A DNA stretch of 21,631 nt from Candidatus Iainarchaeum sp. GTDB taxonomy: Archaea; Iainarchaeota; Iainarchaeia; Iainarchaeales; JAFCCW01. Below are positions 8,577-16,650 of this stretch, one piece after another. The translations under genes were made by a program, and so were the position numbers. How positions within the stretch are numbered: the first letter of the stretch is position 1; each line of letters opens with the position of its first letter. The notes beneath the pieces are model-generated. The model was not told where the DNA came from, ran no database searches, and was given only the letters and a program-made list of their open reading frames with translations. The DNA lies in NCBI GenBank assembly GCA_017609985.1, contig JAFCCW010000013.1, positions 1 through 21,631 of the forward strand, read 5' to 3'.

Positions 8577-9944
8577 TTACTTATCCCTGCAAAATCCTCT
8601 TTCACAAATATTTTTCAAAATCCGTAAAGTGCTTTCAGAAACAGTTTCCGTTGAAGTGTCAAGTTTTACATCCGGAGCCGAAGGGGTTTCATATGGAATG
8701 TTTTTTCCCACGATAAATACCTCTTCACCCCTGCTGAGTTTTTTATACAATCCTTTTACATCGCGTTTTTCGCACACTTCAGCAGGACACTGGACAAAAA
8801 CTTCAATGTAATTTTCAATGCTTTTCCTTGCAAAATCCCGCACTTCATTATAGGGTGCAATTATGGAAATCAGAACAGCATTACCCTGTTCAACTTCTTT
8901 TTTTGCAATCAATGCCGCTTCCATGTTTCCCTTTATTATCTCCTCTCTGGAAAAGCTCTTTTCAGAATAGGCTTCCTGTCCTCTTATGGATTTTCTAAGG
9001 GAATCACCGTCAATAATTTTGGCAAAAATTCCTTTCTTTTCAAGTTCCTGCTTTAAAGAGTTTGCAATAGTTGACTTCCCGCTTCCGCTCAATCCGGTAA
9101 GCCAGACAGCAAAACCAGTGCTCTTTGAAATCTTTTTTGGAACTGCTTTGATGTTCAGGCACCTGAAGTCCACTATCAGGTCATTGCCGGCTTCTCTCAG
9201 GTTGTAAGCCTTCTTTATTTTTGGACTGCTGTTTTTTCTGAACTGGAAAATCTTTTCCTTTTGTTCATCAGTCAGGTGATCGTCTCCGTTAATCCAGTTC
9301 AAAAAGCTCATGTCCTTTTGCATAAAAATATCTGTGTCTATCTTATGGAATTGCGGGCTGAGTAACTCTTTCAAAGATTCTTCCGTGAAAGTTACTCTCT
9401 CTTCCTTGAGCTTGAAAATTTCCTCATAATCATTTACAACCTCTGACTCGTAGCTTGGAGGCACGCCTTCGGAAATTATAAAACTGCCGCCTGGCTTTAA
9501 CACGCGAGCTGCCTCTGAAAAAACTTTGTCAGCATCCACTAAAACATGATGCAATACCATTCTTGCAATTACCTTGTCAAATGTATTGTCCTGAAACAGC
9601 AGGCTTCTTGCATCTCCAATGCAAACATCAATATTTTCCTTTTTTTTCCTGAATTCATTTACCATGCTTTCACTGCTGTCTATTGCGACAACTTTTGCGC
9701 ATTTTTCTGCAAGTGCGTTGGCAACAATTCCGGTGCCGGTTCCGATATCAAGAATGACATCGTCTTTTTTCGGATTGATAAAGTTAATAAAATGAGTCAG
9801 GTAGTCCTCCTGATTAGCCCACTGTAACTTATTGTAACTATTGACGCGCCTTCTCCACCAGTCCTTTTTTCCCTTATTTTCCTTTAGATATCCAAGGGCT
9901 TCCAGTTCTCTCCGAACTTCATCCATTGTTTTGTTGTCCTGCAT
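8577..9944 (-). CDS. cysC: Fusion: class I SAM methyltransferase (N-term) + adenylyl-sulfate (APS) kinase CysC (C-term)
   Basis: N-half: ILDIGTGTG, AIDSS, FQDNTFD, LHHV, RVLKPGG. C-half: VWLTGLSGSGKSTIA P-loop, DGDSLR, CEKRDVKGLYKK, PYETPSAPDVKLDT, all typical of APS kinase. Confidence 0.88.
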   Translation of the reverse strand: MQDNKTMDEVRRELEALGYLKENKGKKDWWRRRVNSYNKLQWANQEDYLTHFINFINPKKDDVILDIGTGTGIVANALAEKCAKVVAIDSSESMVNEFRKKKENIDVCIGDARSLLFQDNTFDKVIARMVLHHVLVDADKVFSEAARVLKPGGSFIISEGVPPSYESEVVNDYEEIFKLKEERVTFTEESLKELLSPQFHKIDTDIFMQKDMSFLNWINGDDHLTDEQKEKIFQFRKNSSPKIKKAYNLREAGNDLIVDFRCLNIKAVPKKISKSTGFAVWLTGLSGSGKSTIANSLKQELEKKGIFAKIIDGDSLRKSIRGQEAYSEKSFSREEIIKGNMEAALIAKKEVEQGNAVLISIIAPYNEVRDFARKSIENYIEVFVQCPAEVCEKRDVKGLYKKLSRGEEVFIVGKNIPYETPSAPDVKLDTSTETVSESTLRILKNICERGFCRDK

Positions 9945-11083
9945 CAGTATTCCTCCAGCGGGTCAAACCCAAGTTCCTGCCGTGCTTTTTCCAGAATCTC
10001 TTCTTTCTTTTCTGGCAAACTTTCAGCAAGGTTTTTTTCCTCTTTCGGATCAGCCTCCAGATTGTAAAGTTCAAATGTGTTTGGCACGCTGTTGTATATA
10101 AGCTTCCAGTTCTGGGTTCTGATGCATTTTATATTCGGCTTTTTCGGAGGCTCCTTGTTCTTGTATCTGTTTCCAGTTTCTGAAAAAGCAATTCTTCCGT
10201 TCTTTTCTTTTCCGCGCACTATCGGCAGGATGCTTTTTCCGCTGATTTTTTCCTGCTTTGGATTTTCCTCCAGCCCAAGTGCATCCAGGACAGTTGGTGC
10301 AACATCAATGTTTCTGACCAATTCATCAAATCTTTTTTCAGGAAAAACCCCGTTTTTGATAAAGGCACAAAATGTTTTTAGGGTGTAGTCATAGCAGAAG
10401 CTTCCGTATGCCTTTTCGCCAAATTTATCTCCGACACTCATCCCATGGTCAGAAAATAAAATGACGATGCTGTTTTCAAAAAGCCCGAGGTTTTCAATCT
10501 CTGCAGTAAGTCCTCCAAGATATTCGTCAGCCTCTTTAAAATATTTGTTGTACTGTGCTTCGTAATACTCTTTGTTGTCAAAAAATTCCTTGCTATAGTT
10601 TGTGAACTGTTTGAGAATTTTTTCCTTAACATCAGCATGAATCTTGCTATAATGCAGGAAGCAGAAGAATTTCTGCCCATCGTCGCTTTTTTTCTTCATG
10701 TCCTGCAGGATTCTCCTGTGAATCTCTCCAAGGTTGTCTGCGTTCTCATCATGAATGCTTAATTCGTCAAATCCCTGTAGGGGGCAGACTATGTCGCTCA
10801 GAGTATCTCCTCTGGTAAAATAACCCGCATTCCTAAGGTGCTCTGCAAGAGTCCTGCATTCATCTTTCCTGAAAAGTGCAGATCCGTAGTAATTATCCAC
10901 TCCTGTTTGCATTCCATACATTCCGGTCATGAATGAAAAGACAGACGCAACCGTGTATGGTGCGTGGGTTATGAAATTCGGGAAGAAGCTTCCCCTTTCA
11001 GCAAGCGCCTTAAATTTCGGAAAGTCCAGTAACCTGTCGTTTCTGGCGCCGTCAATCAATAAAACTATAACATTCATCTTCAC
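9944..11083 (-). CDS. Sulfatase-fold / alkaline phosphatase superfamily protein (Thr nucleophile, no CxPxR)
   Basis: LLIDGARND, APYT44VASVFSFMTG, SDHG, IDVAPTVLD, IRTQNWKLIY, ELYNLEADPKEEKNL. Confidence 0.88.
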   Translation of the reverse strand: MKMNVIVLLIDGARNDRLLDFPKFKALAERGSFFPNFITHAPYTVASVFSFMTGMYGMQTGVDNYYGSALFRKDECRTLAEHLRNAGYFTRGDTLSDIVCPLQGFDELSIHDENADNLGEIHRRILQDMKKKSDDGQKFFCFLHYSKIHADVKEKILKQFTNYSKEFFDNKEYYEAQYNKYFKEADEYLGGLTAEIENLGLFENSIVILFSDHGMSVGDKFGEKAYGSFCYDYTLKTFCAFIKNGVFPEKRFDELVRNIDVAPTVLDALGLEENPKQEKISGKSILPIVRGKEKNGRIAFSETGNRYKNKEPPKKPNIKCIRTQNWKLIYNSVPNTFELYNLEADPKEEKNLAESLPEKKEEILEKARQELGFDPLEEY

Positions 11084-12666
11084 ATCACATCAATGTAACC
11101 CATTTCTTCCAATTTTTTCCTTATTTCAATTTCCTGCTTTTCAGTCAACTTCTTTCTTTTTCTTTTTGTTTTTATTTTTTCGGATATGCCTGCTTTTTTT
11201 TTGACAATGTTTTTATTTTTGAAAATGTTTAGAATCCCTCCATCCATTTCAGCGGGAATTCCAAAAATGCTCAGGATAGTCGGAGCAACATCAGTAATAT
11301 TTGCTCCCTTTATTGTCTGCTTTTTTATGTTTTTTCCGGATGCAATGAAAGTTGCGTCCATTGTGTGAAAACCCTCTATTGCTCCTGTTTTTTCAAAAAA
11401 CTTATTTTTTGGAGTTAACACTGATGTGACATGTGGCTTTTTGAATTCCACATAGAGATCAGGTATTTTGTCAAGGAACGGTCCGCTGAACAGTTCCTCT
11501 CGTCTGTAAACATTTTTAACAAGTTTTCCGGTTTCAGAATCGTTTTTCAGAGTATGAATGACTTTGTCCCTTATTTTTTCATAATCTTTTTTTTCAACAA
11601 TGCCCTGCGGTTCCCTTCCCGCTAGATTTATTTTAATCTCTCCGTATTTTCCCGTGCAAAATACCTTTGTTCTGGACCAGTCAGCTGAAACATTTTCAAA
11701 TGCTTTCTCCCGCAGTTTTTCCTCAACCTTTTTTGGCATTTTCAACCCTGTTCTGTCAAGTGCTTTTTGTAATCTGGCACGCCAGCCGAATCTTTTGACA
11801 ATTGAAACCATCCACGCCAGAAAATCAAGATTTTTTTTTGCCTTGAACAAATTGTTTTTTTCAAAAACATTGTTTAAATAAACAGTCCCGTATTGCGGGG
11901 CAAAACCATGGTCGGAAACAACAAATACGGTTGCATCTTTTGCGAGACGAATAATCTTTCCCATTTCCGAGTCAATTTTTTTGTAAAATTTCTTGATTTC
12001 AGATTCTGATTTAGGGTTATACTTTGGATGTTTTTTATCCAGGAAGCTTGAATAGTTGTGGTGCATGTGTTCTGTTTCGCCGATTATCAGCATGACAAAA
12101 TCCCAGTTATTGTTTTCCATAAACCACTTACTAATATCAAATCTTTTCTGCGCGGTTTTAAATGTTTCATCAAAAAAGTCAGCGTGTTCCTTTGTTGCAT
12201 ATTTTGTATGGGTTGTGTATCCTATTTCCTGAAGTTTTTTTGAAAGTTCTTTCGGGTAAGTGCAGTCAGCCATCGGGGGTGTAAGGAATCCAGTAATCAT
12301 TATTCCGTTGACCTGGGTTGGGGGATAACTCAGGGGGAGATTTATTATTGCAATTTTTTTCCCTTCATTTGAAAGCGTTTCATAGATTTTTTGGCCGTGA
12401 ATTGAAGTTGAATTCGGAACCTGCTGGGTGTAGGAGTTTTCCTGCGGCAATTCAGTTGCAAAAATTCCATGCTTGCCCGGATTCAGTCCGGTTACAAGGC
12501 TTGTCCACGCACTCATTGACTGCGGTGGAAAAACTGTTTTTAAAATTCCCGAACTTCCATTTTCAATCAGTTTTTTGGTGTTTGGCATCAGCCCTTTATC
12601 AGCCCATTTTTTAATCAAATCAAGCCTGCTTCCGTCAAGACCAATCACTAAAATTTTTTCTCGCAT
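11080..12666 (-). CDS. Alkaline phosphatase superfamily / type I phosphodiesterase-nucleotide pyrophosphatase-like protein
   Basis: VIGLDG, PPQS50MSAWTSLVTGLNPGKHGI, SDHGF, INLAGREPQGIV, PDL, GFH..DATF, DVAPTIL, C-terminal KLEEMGYI. Confidence 0.88.
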   Translation of the reverse strand: MREKILVIGLDGSRLDLIKKWADKGLMPNTKKLIENGSSGILKTVFPPQSMSAWTSLVTGLNPGKHGIFATELPQENSYTQQVPNSTSIHGQKIYETLSNEGKKIAIINLPLSYPPTQVNGIMITGFLTPPMADCTYPKELSKKLQEIGYTTHTKYATKEHADFFDETFKTAQKRFDISKWFMENNNWDFVMLIIGETEHMHHNYSSFLDKKHPKYNPKSESEIKKFYKKIDSEMGKIIRLAKDATVFVVSDHGFAPQYGTVYLNNVFEKNNLFKAKKNLDFLAWMVSIVKRFGWRARLQKALDRTGLKMPKKVEEKLREKAFENVSADWSRTKVFCTGKYGEIKINLAGREPQGIVEKKDYEKIRDKVIHTLKNDSETGKLVKNVYRREELFSGPFLDKIPDLYVEFKKPHVTSVLTPKNKFFEKTGAIEGFHTMDATFIASGKNIKKQTIKGANITDVAPTILSIFGIPAEMDGGILNIFKNKNIVKKKAGISEKIKTKRKRKKLTEKQEIEIRKKLEEMGYIDVM

Positions 12667-12796
12667 GCAAAGAACCCTACAACCAAAAAGGAAAGGAAAT
12701 GTTTTTTAACCATTCCAGGCTTGCATTCGATTTTTGTACTATTGTTTGTTCAGGCTCATCGCTTTTTTAAATTTTGCTGGCTCCTATCTGTATAAT

Positions 12797-14317
12797 ATGC
12801 TTTGGCTCTGCGAGTTTTTGTCAAAAAACCAGAAAAAAATTTTCATATTAATTTTACTGCTTGGGATAGCTGCGCGAATTTTTTCCCTGACAGTTCTGCC
12901 TGTTGAAGTATACACTGATGCAGTTTATCATCTGCAGATTGTCAAAGAAGTGATTGGCACAGGAACATTCTTTCCTGAAGGAAGTTCCATGCCGCAGTTG
13001 TTTTACTACTCTGCTTCCTCTCAAATTTTTATTCTGACCGGATTTCCGCTGGTGTTTCCCTTTGTGAAAATAGTTCCGCTGTTATTTTCTGCGCTGTTGA
13101 TAGCCCTGACTCTGATAACTCTGAGGGAACTGTTTCCCGGAAAAACATCTGCTCATTTTCTTGGAACTGCTCTTGTTGCAATCCACCCCCTTCTTATACG
13201 ATATGGGTCGGTGAATTACACTGGTCCTGTCGCCGCGGTTTTTGTAATGCTTTCAGTTTATTTTCTTGCAAAGTTTCACCGTTCTTCAAAAGGCAGATAT
13301 CTTATCCTGTTTTTCTTTTCAATTCTTGCAATAAGCCTTTCAAAAGTGAACGCGGTTGCAATGGCCCCGGGGCTTGTGTTCGGAGGCGCGCTTGCAATGC
13401 ATAAAAAAAATTATTCTCCGAAGAAAATTCTTGCCTTTCTTGCAATTGCACTCCTGCTGGCTTCGGCATTCATTATTTTTATGTTTGTGGAAACAGGCGT
13501 TGTGGCAAGAATGTCAGAGGAAAGAATAATAGAGCTTGGTACGGGCAAACTGATTCGTCCAAACATAGCGGAAAGCGCTTTAATGTTTTATTTTTATGTG
13601 TGGGATTTTCCTCCTGTTGCAGAGCTTGGAAAAATTCCTTTTGTTTCGTCTTTTCCTCCTGAGCTTCTGCTCGGATTTTTTGCGCTGGCTGTTCTGCCTC
13701 TTACCACATTAATTGTTTTTTCAGCATATCGCTCATTGAAATCAAAAAACCCAGTCCACTATGCCGTGCTTATTTCAATATTCCTGTGTCTTGCCGTTGT
13801 TTTCTTTCGCAGTTTTGCCGCAAGGCTTTTCATTCCCGCGCTCCCCCTGACTGCAATTCTCATTGTCTATGGCTTTGAAAAAATTAAAAGCTTTGAAAAA
13901 ATAAAAAGCCAGAAAATATTATCTATATTTTTGGTTTCCTTGATTCTCTATTCTCTTTTCGCGTTTTCCTATGCTGCTGGCTCTGCTTTTTATTTCAGTG
14001 ATCAGGCTGATAACTTCAGCGGAATGTATAGCTTTATTTCGAAACTGCCTCCTGAATCGCACATACAGTGCTTTAAAAAGCACAGGGCAATTTTGTTCTA
14101 CACTGAAATAAAATCAGGTTGGCGTGTGGAATCAGAGCTAAATGACGCCGACGAAGTAATGGCTGCACTTGGCAATCGCAATTACACTCACATTGCAGTC
14201 ACCTCTTATGAAACCATCTGGCCAAATGAGCTGATTGAAACAATGCAATTCAAAAACTTTATTAATGAAATATACTCTGACAACTATGCAACTGTTTTTG
14301 AAATAAATTACAGGTGA
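12797..14317 (+). CDS. Multi-pass membrane glycosyltransferase, GT-C fold (ArnT/PMT_2-like)
   Basis: First TM followed by a loop with YTDAVYH, then PQLFYY, about 11-12 hydrophobic segments, R(L)FIP motif and a soluble C-terminal tail ending IYSDNYATVFEI. ATG 12797 (in frame with ORF 12734) has a TTTTAAA box about 25 nt upstream. Confidence 0.72.
   Translation: MLWLCEFLSKNQKKIFILILLLGIAARIFSLTVLPVEVYTDAVYHLQIVKEVIGTGTFFPEGSSMPQLFYYSASSQIFILTGFPLVFPFVKIVPLLFSALLIALTLITLRELFPGKTSAHFLGTALVAIHPLLIRYGSVNYTGPVAAVFVMLSVYFLAKFHRSSKGRYLILFFFSILAISLSKVNAVAMAPGLVFGGALAMHKKNYSPKKILAFLAIALLLASAFIIFMFVETGVVARMSEERIIELGTGKLIRPNIAESALMFYFYVWDFPPVAELGKIPFVSSFPPELLLGFFALAVLPLTTLIVFSAYRSLKSKNPVHYAVLISIFLCLAVVFFRSFAARLFIPALPLTAILIVYGFEKIKSFEKIKSQKILSIFLVSLILYSLFAFSYAAGSAFYFSDQADNFSGMYSFISKLPPESHIQCFKKHRAILFYTEIKSGWRVESELNDADEVMAALGNRNYTHIAVTSYETIWPNELIETMQFKNFINEIYSDNYATVFEINYR
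13872..13907 (+). repeat. In-frame 18-bp tandem duplication (FEKIKS x2)
   Basis: gctttgaaaaaattaaaa / gctttgaaaaaataaaaa, 1 mismatch. Confidence 0.7.
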
Positions 14318-14323
14318 TGCTTA

Positions 14324-15274
14324 ATGGACAAAAAAAAAATTCTTTACATAGCCGGATTTTTGATTCTCGTGCTGTTGGTTCCCTTTTTGGACATTGACTT
14401 AAGTGTTTTTATCATGGTCAAGCACCCAATTTTTATTCTGCTTACCCTGCTTACTATTTTGTTTTCCTTTATTGTCCTTGCTTTCAGGTTGAAATTTTTG
14501 CTTCGGGCTGCTGGTGAAAAAGAACTTTCTCTCATAGACTCGTTCAAGGTTGAAGTCACAAACAGATTTTTCACCTACATCGCGCCAATGAAGCTTAACA
14601 TACCTGTCAAAGCCGTGCTTCTCAATAAAAGATTCAAGGTTGGAAAAGTAAACGCGCTTGCAATGTCTTCCTATGAATACTTCATTGATTTGGGAATACT
14701 CTTTTTCTTTGGATTGCTCGGGTTTTTGTTTGTGTTCAATGACTTTGCAGGAGCACAGGCAAACATGATTTTAATTGTGTTTGCACTGCTGGCTTTTATT
14801 GCGGCTTTTTTCCTTGTTCCAAAACACTTTTTCGGGAAGCTGGAAGCTCGTATTCAGTCTGCTTCTGAGAACATATTCAGAAACGCAATTTTGTTTCTGG
14901 TCAAGTCCCTGAGCCAAATGAGGGAAGCCTGGATTAATCTTTTTTTCAGCAGGGAATCACCTGCTATTATTTTTCTGGTGTTTGTGAAATTCATACTTGC
15001 GATTATAAGTTATATCTTTCTTTTTTGGGCTGTTGGCTATGACCTGAATTTTATTTACATCCTGATGGTAATTTCTTTTTCAATGTTTCTGGGTGGGATT
15101 TCAACGATTCCAAGTGGTCTCGGGGTGAGGGAAGGATCCATTGTGCTTTTGCTCAGCCTGTTTGCCGTCCCCTCTGCTTTCTCTTTCTTTGCAGTAGTGG
15201 CTAACCGTCTGCTGATAATACCTTTTCTTGTTCTGGGCTACTTCTTTTCACTGCAGTTCGGTGTAAAAAAGTGA
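14324..15274 (+). CDS. Lysylphosphatidylglycerol synthase TM / UPF0104 family membrane protein (putative flippase)
   Basis: About 8 TMs, R(L)xxLL, NRFF..AP, E..ID and the signature GGISTIPSGLGVREG...R. Confidence 0.85.
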   Translation: MDKKKILYIAGFLILVLLVPFLDIDLSVFIMVKHPIFILLTLLTILFSFIVLAFRLKFLLRAAGEKELSLIDSFKVEVTNRFFTYIAPMKLNIPVKAVLLNKRFKVGKVNALAMSSYEYFIDLGILFFFGLLGFLFVFNDFAGAQANMILIVFALLAFIAAFFLVPKHFFGKLEARIQSASENIFRNAILFLVKSLSQMREAWINLFFSRESPAIIFLVFVKFILAIISYIFLFWAVGYDLNFIYILMVISFSMFLGGISTIPSGLGVREGSIVLLLSLFAVPSAFSFFAVVANRLLIIPFLVLGYFFSLQFGVKK

Positions 15275-15295
15275 GTTAAGACAAGGTTTTTCTGC

Positions 15296-16597
15296 TCATT
15301 GCCTGTTCTTTAATCCGCTTAGAACAATGTCTATTTTGCTTTTTACAAGCATGAAATCCTCTCTTGTTGGTATAATCTCTATGAATATTTTTTCTTTTCT
15401 TGCAAAATAAAACAGTGCGCTGTTTTTTGTCAGATTAAAAATTATTAATGCTGGAATTATTCCTGTCCAGCCTAATTCTGAAACAATCAATACTGAAGCC
15501 GGAATTCCTACGACAAATGCGGCAATTCCTGAGAAAAACAAATACTCTGCCTTGCTGATGCTCATCAAAGCCTGTCCCATTATGTCAAACGACGATATCA
15601 GCCTAAGCACAACATATAATGGTATTAGAATGTATGCTGCTGAATACTCATCCATGAATATTTCAAGCAGGGGTTTTGAAACAAGTATGAGAAAGATTCC
15701 GATTATCAGGGTTATCAGGAGGTTAAGTTTTAATCCGAGGGAAACAAATCTTGCAAGCACTTTTCTTTCATTGCATTTTTCCATTGAATAGGGCATCAGC
15801 ACGTCATAGATACTGCTTGTTGTTTTTCCAATAAAACTGCTTGCAATTTTGTTTACAAGATAATAATAACCGAGACCAACAGCTCCGACAAACAAGCCTA
15901 TCACTATCTTGAAAAAATTATTGTAAAAATTCTGCGTTATTGAATTCAAAAACTGAAATTTTCCATATTTTACAATTTCCTGCCTGTCAAATTTATTTCC
16001 TTCAACGCTGGTTTTTTTGAAATAATAAAGAGCAAGGGCAATGCACAAGAGCACTGCCACGAGCTGTCCGTAGACCACGCCAAAAGTACCGAGCCCAAGA
16101 CCAAATACAAACAAAAGTGAAAACGCAAGAGTTCCAATTTGCATTATGCTCTCAATCTTCAGGACCTTGCCGAACATTTTAAGTGATGAAAAAAAGAAAA
16201 CAATGCTTACATAAAAAGGCATGAAAATCATCAGGAGGGCGGACACTTGCAACAATTCAAATCCTGGTTTTCCAAGAAAGAAAGTAATCTGTTCCGAGAA
16301 CACGAAAATTGCGGAAATAACCGGGATAATTATTAGATACTGCCATTTGATTATTTTCCAGAAAAGATTTTTTGATTTCGATTTTGGCATAAAAATCTGT
16401 ATCAGATTCTGGAAAGCCTTTACTCCAAACATATTCACGATGCTTGCAAATGCGATGAAATAGGTTACAAGGCCATAGTCTGCAGGCCCCAGATAGTTTG
16501 CAATAAGATAAACATAGACAAAACCCGTGAGAACCATGACTAACTTTTTTGTCTGTTCAAAAACAATGTTTTTTACAAAACCTTTAACCTGTGCCAT
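15296..16597 (-). CDS. Wzx-like oligosaccharide flippase (MOP/MATE superfamily)
   Basis: KN, IANYLGPADYG, GTFGVVYG, VGAVGLGYY, EYSAA..L, LGWTG; about 12 TMs. Confidence 0.88.
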   Translation of the reverse strand: MAQVKGFVKNIVFEQTKKLVMVLTGFVYVYLIANYLGPADYGLVTYFIAFASIVNMFGVKAFQNLIQIFMPKSKSKNLFWKIIKWQYLIIIPVISAIFVFSEQITFFLGKPGFELLQVSALLMIFMPFYVSIVFFFSSLKMFGKVLKIESIMQIGTLAFSLLFVFGLGLGTFGVVYGQLVAVLLCIALALYYFKKTSVEGNKFDRQEIVKYGKFQFLNSITQNFYNNFFKIVIGLFVGAVGLGYYYLVNKIASSFIGKTTSSIYDVLMPYSMEKCNERKVLARFVSLGLKLNLLITLIIGIFLILVSKPLLEIFMDEYSAAYILIPLYVVLRLISSFDIMGQALMSISKAEYLFFSGIAAFVVGIPASVLIVSELGWTGIIPALIIFNLTKNSALFYFARKEKIFIEIIPTREDFMLVKSKIDIVLSGLKNRQ

Positions 16598-16650
16598 TCA
16601 ATCAATTCCATATTTTTAATCTGTGCTGTTCACTGCTCAGTCTATTTCTC

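Noticed and set aside
14330-14339. A10 run at the 5' end of the UPF0104 gene (and other A/T 8-9 runs) as phase-variation tracts
   Set aside because: The gene is in frame and such runs are frequent from Lys/Phe codons in this AT-rich DNA; there is no evidence of variation without reads
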